From: the human T2T-CHM13v2.0 reference genome, Homo sapiens
Length of the DNA stretch: 64,000 bases
Direction: 5' to 3' (one strand)
Assembly: GCF_009914755.1 (NCBI RefSeq)
Contig: NC_060948.1
This document shows, one piece after another, positions 1-16,214 of the stretch (within the stretch, counting starts at the first letter, position 1; every line of letters begins with the position of its first letter). A program made the translations under genes and the position numbers. The notes below the pieces were generated by a model that had not been told where the DNA came from, did not search any database, and worked only from the letters and a program-made list of their open reading frames with translations.

Positions 1-489
1 GCCGACCAGGCATGGATGCTTAAAAATTAACTTAACACTGAGATACACATGGAAGTAGCAATGTTAAAGAATTAAAGATTACAGTTCTGTGGCTAGGAAA
101 CCAAGAACAAACTTGCAGTTGCGTCAGCAATTGCATTGTCATTTTAAGCATACTCATATTTGTGTAACCAATTTGGAATAAAACCAAAGGGAATATCCAT
201 GGAAACTTCATTTACAAAGCAAAATTCTAAACTTGAAAAAGCATACTCAAGTAATACAGCCATCTCTGAAAACTTGGGCAGAATTCCAGCAAGGTTTAGA
301 GAGCCTTAGCGTTTGGACCTCCTCCAAACATCACCTAAATGTCTTTTTTGTGATTATCAGAGTAACGTTTTGATGTCTCTCTTTTATGTTCATTGTCTGT
401 AAAAGCAGCTGGACCACCAAACAGCAGTGGAGAGTTGCACAGCCTGCAATGATCTTTACTCAATTAATGCAAAAATAAAAAGGAGGAGA
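1..489 (+). mobile_element. HERV-K(HML-6)/HERVK3 env 3' end and polypurine tract, left-arm copy
   Basis: Mirror of 11445-11933, which is continuous with HML-6-like env. Purine tract AAAAATAAAAAGGAGGAGA lies directly before the LTR TG. Confidence 0.8.
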
Positions 490-938
490 TGTTGGAGGCC
501 AAAAGAATGAGGGTCGTGACCAACTCAGTAATGACTGGAGGGTCTATGAGCAGAGAGGAAACTGTTCTCATGAAAGCAGCATGTTGGCAACCTGACACAC
601 CACGTCTGGTGTCAGAAGGAATGCTGAGGGCAGTCATGCCCCAAGCACAGTCTTTCTTGTGGTTATATATAGGAACATCTGAAGCCTGTAGTATATAGAA
701 AGCAATTACATGAGCCTGTGATAAATCAAGCAGCTGACCAACAATTACCTTTCCTCCCTGTTGATTCTGCCTAATAAATATGAAGGCCTGTAGAAGCTCA
801 GGGCCTTTGCTGATTAGAAGCAATGAGCCCCCGACCCTTCTTTTAAAACAGACCTTTTTTGTCTCTGTCTTCATTTCTGCATTCAACCCCCTTCGTTTCA
901 TCCCATGTAACGACATGTGGCAGTAACTGACTGCCACA
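490..938 (+). mobile_element. LTR3-type 3' LTR of HML-6 provirus
   Basis: Starts TGTTGGAGGCCAAAAGAATGAGGGTCGTG, ends ...GCCACA, contains AATAAA, follows the polypurine tract. Confidence 0.8.
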
Positions 939-1190
939 CCGTCTCTATTAAAAATACAAAAAAAAAAAAAAAAAAAAAAAAAAATAGGTGGGCTTGTTGG
1001 CAGGCACATGTAATCCATGCTACTCCAGAACCTGAGGCAGAAGAATCCCTTCAACCCAGGAGACAGATGTTGCAGTGGGCCGAAATCACGCCTTTGCACC
1101 CCAGGCTGGGTGACAACGTGTGACTCCATCTCAAAAAAAGCAGAAAACAAAAAAGAAGAAACCAAAACCATACAAAACAAAACAAACAAA
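939..1190 (+). mobile_element. Alu 3' part (AluS-like), 5' end cut off by the provirus
   Basis: CCGTCTCTATTAAAAATAC, expanded A-linker, right monomer and A-rich tail. Confidence 0.88.
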
Positions 1191-1728
1191 AACTATGTTC
1201 TGGTTAAGAGAACTGAAAAAGCAAGCCTCAGGCTAAGAAAAATCTAGGAAACACATCTGAAAAGTGACTTCTATGCAAAATATACAAAGAAATAAGATGA
1301 CCCAATTAATAAGTAGAGACCTGAGTAGATACATCACCAAAACAGATATGGAGATGGAAAACCCGGTGCACAAAATACTGCTTGCTGAGCCCCTGTTACT
1401 TCTTCTGAAGGCTGAGGCTCCAAGCCATTTCCTGAGGAGCAACAGTGGCTGCCAGAGTGACAGTGGCTCCATAGATCATCCCCACCTACCCCAGCTCTAC
1501 CTTTCTTCCAGGTTCCAAGGATTTCCCAGACATTGAGCATGCTCACGAGGAAAGAGCCAGAAGCTGGATATTTTATTTCACAACTTTTCTTAAAATTCTG
1601 GATGTCAACCAGTATCCTTTGGTTGGAAGTTTTATATTTATCCTAACAATCTTGAGGCACTGACAAGTATTAGGAAAGATGATTTTCAACCTACGTTTGA
1701 TTCCATGAAGAAATAAAGGAATTGGTGT

Positions 1729-2070
1729 GGCCAGGCATGATGGCTCACATCGGTAATTCCAGCAGTTTGGGAGGCTGAGCCAGGTGGATGTCCTTAGGTC
1801 AGGTGTTTGAGATCATCCTGGTCAACGTGGTGAAACAAACTCTCTACTAAAAATGTAAAAAATTAGCCAGTACCGGTAGTGGTGTCTGGGTCCTGTAAAC
1901 GCAGATCCTCAGGAAGCTAAGACAGGAGAATTGCATGAACCTGGGAAGCTGAGGTTACCAAAGCCGAGATCATGTCATTGCACTCCAGCCATGGGAACAG
2001 ACCAAGACTCCGTCTCAAAACAAACAAACAAACAACAACAACAACAAACAGAACAGAACAACAACAAAAA
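1729..2070 (+). mobile_element. Alu (diverged AluS-like) with (CAA)n tail
   Basis: GGCCAGGCATGATGGCTCAC...ACTCCGTCTCAAAA. Confidence 0.9.
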
Positions 2071-2743
2071 AAGGACTCAATTACATTTTTAGGCAGTTAT
2101 TTTAGAAGGCTTGGTACAATGCATTACTATTTTGGTATTCTCAAGACAGAAAACACAGTAACGCTAGTAAGTAAAAACCAAACAGCAAGTCACTACAAAT
2201 TCATGGGATTAATTTCATCCGTCATTCTTCCTGGCTTTTATTTAAAATGTGTAATGTTGAAATAATCAGACGTTTTACTTGTGATACCTAAATGCAAGAA
2301 GAAACACCAGTTACTGAACCATTATTAAATGAATCTCAGTCTTCAAATTTGATTCTGATGCAGTGGAATGTTTTGTGAAAGATGGAAAACTAACAGACCA
2401 AACACACGTGATTTCAAATTTTGGCCTACTTTTGTAGAAGCAGATTTAAGAACCAAAACCTTCATAGTTCTAATTTTTGTCAGTGATTCAGCATTGCAAG
2501 ATATGTAGTGAAACTGAAATCAGAGATTTTTTTCAATTCCAACAGAAACTAGTTTGTACTCTGGACATTCGTGTTGCTCCCTTGAAATCCGTAAAGAAAT
2601 CACGTGATTGAAAGGGACTTTTACACAGTGAAAATCTGCCAATACACCGCATTATCTTATTAGCTACAGTTCACTATTTTATTGTAGTCACCATAAGATT
2701 AGAAAAAAAAAAAAAAAGCAGATAAATGACTATGTGTACTAGA

Positions 2744-4035
<1,292 letters not shown>

Positions 4036-5059
4036 TCATGACTCTTTTCTGCAGAAGAGAGGACTGAGCCTTGCATCCAGAGCTTTCCGGGTCTAAGCTC
4101 AGGGCCATCTTAATGCTCATTGTACAGCCTCATATAATTAGAACCAAAGGAATTTGTTTTCTGAGGCCACAGCTTTTCTAAATGTGAACCCAGAGTTAAC
4201 CAAATCAACAGTAGCTTGTGCTTGAGAGTGACATGTGTTTTGAGGTAGTCTCTGGAAGGCCCAAAGGAAGGGAAGTTAGTGACAGCTTACACCACAGACA
4301 CTCTTTGTTAAACTTTAGAAAGAAAAGTGGAAATAATTAAATGTCAGTGGTCAAGCACTCTGTGTACCAGCCACAAGTGGAGACTGAGTTGGCACATTCT
4401 CCACACCAGCAGGAGAAAGCAACCTGCAGACTCCGACTCCAGTCTCTGGCGCTTGGGTTGTGTGAGAACTGGAATGACAACAGCATTTAAAATCAGCAGA
4501 ATTCCAAGTTGTTTGGCCTATTAAATCCTGGAAAGGCTGTTGAGATTGATGGTTGTGGCAGTTCCTTTCTCACAGAGGGAGGCTGAGGCCCGTGAGTGGT
4601 GAGCCTGGTTCATGTGGCCTGGGGTGACTGGGCTAAATGTAGCATCCACTTCTGTACTTTATAGTCTTTGTTATAGCACATATGGGCTGTGCTCCTCCCT
4701 CCAGGCCTGTGTCCATTAGGGACCACCAGGATCAGGTTCCCAGGGCATGAGGGTCTCCTTTGTCTGGTAGCAGAGACCAGGTTGGCTCCAGGCAGGTGCC
4801 TCGTGAGGACTGAATTATAGGGGACCTATGAGAAGAGAGGGTGCAGTACCCCAAATCACATGCTCTCCTTGCTGAAATAGCTAGGTTGTGAGAAAATCCA
4901 CACTACAATCATGGACTTGCTTTCCATTCACTGCTGGAGCTGAGACCGGGCAGAGTTTGCCACAGCCACTCTCTCCCCTGGAGCTTGCCTATCCTCTCCA
5001 CATGGCTGTCCTCAGCCTTCCTCTTGCTCCTCCAACTCTTATGCCACCTGCACATTTTA

Positions 5060-5785
5060 ACCTAGTGGAAATGCAAGTCAAAGCTACAGTAAGATACCTC
5101 TTCACACACATTATAATTGCAGGAAAAAAAAAGCTAACAATGGTTGAAATGGAAGTGGGAAAATGTGAAAGAAAAATGCTGCAGCTGCTGTGGAAAATAG
5201 TTTGGTGGTTCTGCAAAAGCTAAATATAAAATTACCATAGAACGCCCAAAATCCACTCCAAGCTATATACACACAAAAAAAATGTAAAAGAGCTATTCAA
5301 ACAAAAATATGTGTACGTATGTTCATAGCAGCATTCACAATAACTAAAATCTGAAACACACCCAATAAATGTCCAGCAACAAAAAAATAAGAAACAAAAT
5401 GTAGTATGTCCATACAACGGCATACTATTCAGCTGTGAAAAGGATTACAACTCTAATGCTACAATGTGAAGAAACTTAAATTTTGGCTCAAGAAGCAGAG
5501 CACAAAAGTCACATAGTGTATGATTCTATTTATATAAATATTTAGAGTAGGTAAATCCATAGAGAAAAAATGCAGATTATTGGTACTGGTGTCAGAAAGA
5601 GGACAGATTGGGTAGGAGCTTCTTAATAAGTAGGGTATTTCCTTTTGGAATAATGAAAATACTTTGGAACTAAGATGTGGTAGTTGCACACAAATATGCA
5701 CGTACTAAAGATCACTAAGGAATTCATTAAGAAACAGTTAATTTTATATTATGCGAAGGAATTTAACCTCACTAAAAAGACAAAA
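5060..5785 (+). mobile_element. Old L1M (L1MB-like) 3' fragment
   Basis: Degenerate GAAATGCAAGTCAAAGCTACAGTAAGATACC and ATGATTCTATTTATATAAATATTTAGAGTAGGTAAATCCATAGAG motifs. Confidence 0.7.
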
Positions 5786-5942
5786 TTTCTTCCTCAGCAT
5801 TCTCTCAGCAATGTGAGCTCTCTTTCCACAGAGTGCTTGTAGCATGGGGTTCTAGTCCCTCCACAGTCCAGAACTGCCTGGGGCCAGGCCAGCCACACAC
5901 TAGACATGAACTCCCACCACGCTGTCCAGCAGTCCCTCGACC

Positions 5943-6165
5943 TGTTACCAGTGGAAGTTATCTGAGTTACTGGCATCAAATCTATCATGGTCTGCAGTAA
6001 CCTCAACTCTTGCCTCCTCAGGAGAAAGAATTTGACTGAGGGGAATAAAGTAGCAAAGCAGACTGAGAAAGGTTTCACAGCAAAAGGCGATGTTTATTTA
6101 AAATGTTTTAGAGTAAGAAAAAAAGAAGAGTGCATTTGGAAGAGATCCAAGTGGGTGATTTGAAT
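5943..6165 (-). mobile_element. ERV1 LTR fragment (MER50-like)
   Basis: TGTTACCAGTGGAAG...CTCTTGCCTCCTCAGGAGAAAGAATTTGACTGAGGGG resembles the MER50/MER4-group LTR end. Confidence 0.55.
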
Positions 6166-6169
6166 ATAT

Positions 6170-7490
6170 ACCATATATATGACTTGCAAATATTGTGTTC
6201 CATGCTGTTGGTTTTCTTTCCACTATACTGACAGTGTCTTTTAATGCACAAAAGTGTTTAGTTTTGATGAAGTTCAAGTGATCTAGTTTTTCTTATGTTT
6301 TGTGTTCATTCAGTGATATAGCCAAGAAATCATTTACAAATCCACAACCAATAAGCACATGAAAAGATGTTCAAACTCACTAGCCACTTAATGCAGGAAT
6401 ATCTAAACCACAATGAGATTACCACTTTATCCCCATTAGAATTTTTCTTTTCTTTTCTTTTCTTTTTTAAAGAAAAGTTTGAGAGTATGCAGAGAAATTG
6501 GAACTCTTGTACATTGCTGGTGAGATTGTGAAATGGTGGTGATGTTTGCACAATTTGAGCATAGTTAATGCTTCCAAATTATACACTCAGTGTTTGAAAT
6601 GGTACATTTGTTTATGTATGATTTTCCACTTACAACAAAAGCTTCCTCAGAAACTGTCCTAAAATAGTTCCATATGTGATGAAAGAAGACGCTCCTCTCC
6701 TATCATGAGTAGAAGACTATTTATTTATTCATGGCATTATACACACTCTTGACTCTTCCACATGCCCAGCAGGATCTCATCAAGCAGAATGAGTCTATTC
6801 TCATCTGGCCCATTTGTGCTCCTTTCCATAATTGCATTCTCCTTTTCAACTCACTACCGGCCCGCTAAAAACAACTGTAAGTTGCAGGTCAGTTTACTGT
6901 CTCTATAAATATTTCTTCTCTGTAATCTAATAGAAATGAAATCATACAGTATGTCACCTCTTCAGACTGGCTCTTATCACTTTGCTTTATGAATGCCCGC
7001 TTCATCCATGGCTTTGCATGACTTCATGAATCACTCCTTTTGTTTGATGAATAGTATTTCATTTGAAGAATTTACCTGGCTTGGTTAATATTGAAGGGCA
7101 TCGTGATTCCTTCAAGTATGTGGACATTGTCAAAAGAGCCGTTATACATAAATGCTTGTGGTTTTTGGTTAGATGTGAGTTTCCAAATCAGTTGTCTAGA
7201 TACCTAAGTGTTAACAATTGTCAGCCTATATGATGAGACCATGTCCACCTTTGGAAAAAACTGTCAAACTGTTTCAGAAGAAAACAACCACATTTTAAAG
7301 TTGCTGTACAATTATGCATTCCTTCAGCAATGAATGAGATTTTCTGTTGCAGTTTTGAGTATATTTAAAAAGAAATTTAGACATAGTATAGCTGTTTAGT
7401 GCTCACACTCTTATTTTAATTTGCCTTCCCCGAACAGCAGGTGTTGTTGAGCATTATTTTGTTGTTATTGTTTGTTCATTAATCTATGAT
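6170..7490. mobile_element. Mixed-orientation ancient L1M fragments
   Basis: Degenerate L1 ORF2/3'UTR motifs on both strands, e.g. AAGCACATGAAAAGATGTTCAAAC on + and GAAATCATACAGTATGT reading as a - strand element. Confidence 0.6.
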
Positions 7491-7566
7491 TGCTGCCAAA
7501 AAGCATACATGTGTTGTGCCACAGAAAACCAATTTTAAAAAACATACTCTCAGCTCTACTTAGTAA

Positions 7567-9188
<1,622 letters not shown>

Positions 9189-9860
9189 TCTAGTACACAT
9201 AGTCATTTATCTGCTTTTTTTTTTTTTTCTAATCTTATGGTGACTACAATAAAATAGTGAACTGTAGCTAATAAGATAATGCGGTGTATTGGCAGATTTT
9301 CACTGTGTAAAAGTCCCTTTCAATCACGTGATTTCTTTACGGATTTCAAGGGAGCAACACGAATGTCCAGAGTACAAACTAGTTTCTGTTGGAATTGAAA
9401 AAAATCTCTGATTTCAGTTTCACTACATATCTTGCAATGCTGAATCACTGACAAAAATTAGAACTATGAAGGTTTTGGTTCTTAAATCTGCTTCTACAAA
9501 AGTAGGCCAAAATTTGAAATCACGTGTGTTTGGTCTGTTAGTTTTCCATCTTTCACAAAACATTCCACTGCATCAGAATCAAATTTGAAGACTGAGATTC
9601 ATTTAATAATGGTTCAGTAACTGGTGTTTCTTCTTGCATTTAGGTATCACAAGTAAAACGTCTGATTATTTCAACATTACACATTTTAAATAAAAGCCAG
9701 GAAGAATGACGGATGAAATTAATCCCATGAATTTGTAGTGACTTGCTGTTTGGTTTTTACTTACTAGCGTTACTGTGTTTTCTGTCTTGAGAATACCAAA
9801 ATAGTAATGCATTGTACCAAGCCTTCTAAAATAACTGCCTAAAAATGTAATTGAGTCCTT

Positions 9861-10202
9861 TTTTTGTTGTTGTTCTGTTCTGTTTGTTGTTGTTGTTGTT
9901 TGTTTGTTTGTTTTGAGACGGAGTCTTGGTCTGTTCCCATGGCTGGAGTGCAATGACATGATCTCGGCTTTGGTAACCTCAGCTTCCCAGGTTCATGCAA
10001 TTCTCCTGTCTTAGCTTCCTGAGGATCTGCGTTTACAGGACCCAGACACCACTACCGGTACTGGCTAATTTTTTACATTTTTAGTAGAGAGTTTGTTTCA
10101 CCACGTTGACCAGGATGATCTCAAACACCTGACCTAAGGACATCCACCTGGCTCAGCCTCCCAAACTGCTGGAATTACCGATGTGAGCCATCATGCCTGG
10201 CC
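9861..10202 (-). mobile_element. Alu, arm copy of 1729-2070
   Basis: Mirror sequence of the left-arm Alu. Confidence 0.9.
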
Positions 10203-10740
10203 ACACCAATTCCTTTATTTCTTCATGGAATCAAACGTAGGTTGAAAATCATCTTTCCTAATACTTGTCAGTGCCTCAAGATTGTTAGGATAAATATAAA
10301 ACTTCCAACCAAAGGATACTGGTTGACATCCAGAATTTTAAGAAAAGTTGTGAAATAAAATATCCAGCTTCTGGCTCTTTCCTCGTGAGCATGCTCAATG
10401 TCTGGGAAATCCTTGGAACCTGGAAGAAAGGTAGAGCTGGGGTAGGTGGGGATGATCTATGGAGCCACTGTCACTCTGGCAGCCACTGTTGCTCCTCAGG
10501 AAATGGCTTGGAGCCTCAGCCTTCAGAAGAAGTAACAGGGGCTCAGCAAGCAGTATTTTGTGCACCGGGTTTTCCATCTCCATATCTGTTTTGGTGATGT
10601 ATCTACTCAGGTCTCTACTTATTAATTGGGTCATCTTATTTCTTTGTATATTTTGCATAGAAGTCACTTTTCAGATGTGTTTCCTAGATTTTTCTTAGCC
10701 TGAGGCTTGCTTTTTCAGTTCTCTTAACCAGAACATAGTT

Positions 10741-10944
10741 TTTGTTTGTTTTGTTTTGTATGGTTTTGGTTTCTTCTTTTTTGTTTTCTGCTTTTTTTGA
10801 GATGGAGTCACACGTTGTCACCCAGCCTGGGGTGCAAAGGCGTGATTTCGGCCCACTGCAACATCTGTCTCCTGGGTTGAAGGGATTCTTCTGCCTCAGG
10901 TTCTGGAGTAGCATGGATTACATGTGCCTGCCAACAAGCCCACC

Positions 10945-10977
<33 letters not shown>

Positions 10978-10995
10978 TATTTTTAATAGAGACGG
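10741..10995 (-). mobile_element. Alu 3' part, arm copy of 939-1190
   Basis: Mirror sequence of the left-arm Alu fragment. Confidence 0.88.
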
Positions 10996-11444
10996 TGTGG
11001 CAGTCAGTTACTGCCACATGTCGTTACATGGGATGAAACGAAGGGGGTTGAATGCAGAAATGAAGACAGAGACAAAAAAGGTCTGTTTTAAAAGAAGGGT
11101 CGGGGGCTCATTGCTTCTAATCAGCAAAGGCCCTGAGCTTCTACAGGCCTTCATATTTATTAGGCAGAATCAACAGGGAGGAAAGGTAATTGTTGGTCAG
11201 CTGCTTGATTTATCACAGGCTCATGTAATTGCTTTCTATATACTACAGGCTTCAGATGTTCCTATATATAACCACAAGAAAGACTGTGCTTGGGGCATGA
11301 CTGCCCTCAGCATTCCTTCTGACACCAGACGTGGTGTGTCAGGTTGCCAACATGCTGCTTTCATGAGAACAGTTTCCTCTCTGCTCATAGACCCTCCAGT
11401 CATTACTGAGTTGGTCACGACCCTCATTCTTTTGGCCTCCAACA
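10996..11444 (-). mobile_element. LTR3-type 3' LTR, right-arm copy
   Basis: Mirror of 490-938. Confidence 0.8.
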
Positions 11445-14400
11445 TCTCCTCCTTTTTATTTTTGCATTAATTGAGTAAAGATCATTGCAGGCTGTGCAAC
11501 TCTCCACTGCTGTTTGGTGGTCCAGCTGCTTTTACAGACAATGAACATAAAAGAGAGACATCAAAACGTTACTCTGATAATCACAAAAAAGACATTTAGG
11601 TGATGTTTGGAGGAGGTCCAAACGCTAAGGCTCTCTAAACCTTGCTGGAATTCTGCCCAAGTTTTCAGAGATGGCTGTATTACTTGAGTATGCTTTTTCA
11701 AGTTTAGAATTTTGCTTTGTAAATGAAGTTTCCATGGATATTCCCTTTGGTTTTATTCCAAATTGGTTACACAAATATGAGTATGCTTAAAATGACAATG
11801 CAATTGCTGACGCAACTGCAAGTTTGTTCTTGGTTTCCTAGCCACAGAACTGTAATCTTTAATTCTTTAACATTGCTACTTCCATGTGTATCTCAGTGTT
11901 AAGTTAATTTTTAAGCATCCATGCCTGGTCGGCTGTACACATCCAATTTTCTATATATTGAGCTGTGATTTGAATGGAGCTGTACATTGCTACTAAGGAC
12001 GCCACAACAGAAGTTATTAATGTACCTAAGGAGACTTTCAGAAAAATTTTCATGCCTAAGGCTCTACAAGCACAACGAATAAGCTGACTAAGAAAAAAGT
12101 TTACACAATGGAAACCAGAGGTGGCCACCCAAGCCTCAGGCAGATTTACAGGAATCCATAATCCGGGATTGTGACCTAGAATTACTAGGGTGGATATGCT
12201 GTATGTTTGTACTGTGCTATGATTAAGGGAATAATACAGTTGACAGGAATCACAAGTCAATCGGGCATCGTTTACCTGGAGTTGGTCCTCTTTGCTGCCA
12301 GAAAAACATAAGTTCAAAAACACAAATTGTAAATTGAGTGGTAATGTTTTCCACAACGGTAACATTAAAACTGTGTTCAGCACAATTATTAAAATTAGAT
12401 AGTGTTCCGACACAAATGCTGCCATTCATATAGTGGAGTGCTGCCTTCCCTATCGACTCCTGAGTTGGACCTCTCTTTCCTTGGTAATGCCATTGAGGCA
12501 AAGTTGGGCTAAAGCCTGTTCCATGCCAAGTTAAACTTGCTGCAGATTGGGATTGAATCCCAGCGCAATGCAGTGAAGAGATGCTGACCAGTGTCAGCGA
12601 AGTTTATGCCATGAGGTCGGATTCTCATCTCTCCCATCTAAATGACCACAGGGACCTAGAAAATAATGTCTCCGATTAGCATGTACTCTTGTCTAGCTAG
12701 GGCACCAAGACACTGGGTCCAAGGAGGGGGGGGTAAGAATTATCAAAGAGAGCTCATTCTGTATAATTAATACGATTTGGGGGATGGGGCTGGGAGAGAT
12801 TAGTAGCTACACCGGTAATGGTAATAGAGCTAAGGCCTAATAGGTACATATTTTTTTTCGATGGTAAGTCAGCCATACTTGGGATTAATTTGCAAGGCCA
12901 CTGCAGTTGAGTGATGTACGCTGTGTGACTCATGAAGGAAGTCCCTCCAATGGAGCAGCATAATTGATAATCATTGTTCTGAGAGTCTAATAACTGTTTG
13001 TCAGGGGGTGTTAGGGGTCCTGGTGCCCATGCTTCATGATCATGATAGATGTCAGGGGGAGTGTCACTCCAAATTACAGTCCATAATACTGGGGGATTGG
13101 GAATATAGGCCCAATATGTTTTTGTCTCTGCACAAGGAAAACCTACTGCACAGGATGTTGCAGGTAGCATGGCCATAAACGTGACATCGGGGGTGTTTGC
13201 CTGACCCTGGTGCTCCAGCAATTTCAACTGACTCATGCCTTGTAATGGAGGAGTCGGATTCATAGTTGGGATCCATGGCTCTCTCCAGTCTTCCTTTACA
13301 TGGTCACAAACACATTGAAGGCACCCCACACAGATTATCCGTCTCCTGTAAAAACACAAGCATACCCTCATCCTTACATCAGTAAATCTCCTGAGCATTT
13401 CCATCGTCCTTAGGGGGATTTTCATAATATTTTTGGGTATACTTTACTTTTTCCCTATGACATTTACCAGTGTCGTTCTGCCATAGTCTTACTATCTGTG
13501 CCAGGAGTCAAAAAATTAAAGTAAATAAGTAAAAAAATTAATTAAAGTAAAAGTAAATGTATTTTGTTTGAGGTGGTAACTGATCTCTTGTTTCCCCTTT
13601 CGGTTTTTTTCAGCACACCTTGTAATGTTTGATTTGCCCGCTCTATAATTCCTTGTCCTTGGGGTTTGTAAGGAATTCCTGTTTTATGAGTGACTGACCA
13701 TAGCTGTAAAAAATTTTAAAAAGCATGACTAACATAAGTGTGTCCATTGTCAGTTTTTAATTGTTTAGGGACCCCCCAATATGAGCAAATGATGACAGAC
13801 AATGTCATCACACATAACCAGCTGTGTGACCTGGTTTGCATGTAGCATGCCGCATATGAGAATAAGTGTCTGTAGTCACATGAACAAAGGAGAACTTACC
13901 AATGGCAGCTTTGTGAGTAACATCCATCTGTCAGATTTCATTTGAAGCTAAGTCTCATGGGTTACAGCCTTCTGTGAGTGTGACTCCAGTGACATGCTGG
14001 CAAGCAGGACAGGCTTGTACAGGCTGCAGCCTGGCTGTGAGGCAAATGAAACATACGAGTAAAGGCAGAGTTTTGATGCAGTAATATATGAGAAGGTTGA
14101 GCTTGTTGAAATGCAGAACAAACCAATTTATTGGCTCTATTGTTACCTAGAAATAGTGGTGTAGGGAGTTGTGTGGGAGAGCAAATATAAGAAATATAAA
14201 AAGCAGCACAAGAGCAAACAGCTTGTTAAAGTCTTAGAAACAAGTTAAACTGCTCTGGTTCCAGGGTGCTTTTAATAGTGGTCGTCCCAATATGACTGGC
14301 TACATTTACAACATAGGCTGAATGACAGAGAGTGTTAATAAGAGATGAACCAGTGAGCTCTAAAACCTGCATAACTGCCATTAGTTCTGAGCGTTGATCT

Positions 14401-15620
14401 GAAACTCCGGGGTTTTTTATTGTTTGAGCATGCTTAGTACCATAAGTAGCTTTGCGACCTTTGGAAGAGCCACCAGTAAAATAGGTCTGGCTGCCTGAAA
14501 TGGGCTTGTGATGAGGAATCACAGGGAAGATGAAAGGCTGAATTTTTAAAATTGCAAAATTTTGTCTGAGGGATAATGTTTATGTATTATTCCTACACAA
14601 CCTGAAAGAGCAATTTGCCACACAGTCAACATTTCCCATGCTGCAGCCTGTTGCTGGGAATCCAATATTTCTCCTCATACTTGTAGACTGGCTCTAAAAG
14701 GAGAACAATAATTTTGTGTGGATCATATCTCTTAAGCATTTTTGATCTATCCCTACCCCTTGTTATAAACTGAGTAGTTAAAGAAAGATAAACTTGCAGA
14801 GATTTTACTCTCTGATTGAATTTCAAACAAAGCCATTCTATTACAATTACATATTTTTCTATGATCTGGCCTAAAAGTCCTGTTGGAGAATGGGGGGTAG
14901 AGAGAAAAAAGGGAACCAAGGGATTTTGTGGCTGTAGCCAGGAGGCATGTGTTTGCTGAAGAATCTACTCTACAAGCTGTAACTCAGCTTCAGCCTCCTT
15001 AGACAAACCAGCAACTGGGTTGTCTCCTAAGCCCATTGCTCCTAATGAAGAATTTCCATGGAGTGCCTGAGTGTTTGAGTTGATGAGTAGCAATACCTAG
15101 GATTGGGCACAGCCAATTTATATCTCCTAATAGTTGTTGGAAATCACTGAAGGTTTGTAATCTGTCCCTACAGAGGACTGCTTTCTGAGGTCAAACATTT
15201 GTTTCAGTAGCAATAGTGCCTAAGTATTGGTATGGGGAGGTTGCTTCTACCTTTTGTTGAACTATTTTGAGATGTCCCCCTGTTTTGCTTCTCTCAGCAA
15301 TTGGTGTAATAACTCTTCCATTGGAGCAGCCAAAAGAATTTCATCCATATAATGAATTATGTAGGCAGTAGGAAATATATTACGAGGCTCCTTTAAGGAC
15401 TGTCCTACAAAACGCTGAAATAGCGTAGGACCGGTGAGCATGCTTTGGGGTGAAACTTTGCTTATCCTTCTCATGTAAGGGTACAGTAAGGAAATAATCT
15501 TTGAGATCTGCTACGATGGGAGGTGAGTCACTTGGAATGGCTGCCAGGAACGGCAGACCTTGCTGTAATGCACCCATTGATTTAATCTGTGCATTAATAG
15601 CTCTCAAATCATGTAGCAAC
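11445..15620 (-). mobile_element. HERV-K(HML-6) internal region: defective pol (RT, RNase H, IN) and env; gag, pro and 5' LTR absent
   Basis: LHDLRAINAQIKSMGALQQGL and YIIHYMDEILLAAP (RT); YFTGGSSKG...QRSELMAV (RNase H); env peptides KTYWAYIPNPP...WSDTPPDIYHD; many stops and frameshifts. Confidence 0.88.
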
Positions 15621-15683
15621 TTGCTGGCAAATCGGTCTGCTTTTATATACTAAAATTTTGCTGAAACCTTACACTTGTGTTGA

Positions 15684-16157
15684 TACATATGTATATGTAT
15701 ATGTGTATATATATCTCTATATGTGTGTATATATATACATATACACATACACACATATGTATGTGTGTACATATATGTATGTAATATGCACATATGTAAT
15801 ATGCACATATGTAATACCCAGAGTTTCTGGATGTACACATATACACTCTGGTATGTGTGTATAGATGGTATGTGTATATGTAGGTATATACGTATACACA
15901 TACACATATGTATGTGTATATATAACACGTGTATATATACACACATATATGCACACATACAGACACACATATAAGTGAGTGTGTATATTTACATATATAT
16001 GCATGCTCTGTCTATAAATGTGTTTATATATACACATACAAACATATATATTACACACATATATACATATACACACGTGTGTGTATATGTATATATGTGT
16101 ATATATGTATGTCTATATATGTTTATATATATATAATTCCTCACACATATATAAAAT

Positions 16158-16213
<56 letters not shown>

Positions 16214-16214
16214 A
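15684..16214. repeat. Compound (TA)n/(TG)n/(CA)n purine-pyrimidine microsatellite
   Basis: About 530 bp of alternating RY repeats, including a pure (CA)n run near 16160-16195. Confidence 0.95.

Noticed and set aside
464-1189. 241/242-aa ORF preserved in both arms (also 10742..11470)
   Set aside because: Antisense read-through of Alu plus LTR with a poly-Phe run. Its duplication reflects arm identity, and the 3-nt homopolymer difference keeping frame is weak evidence.
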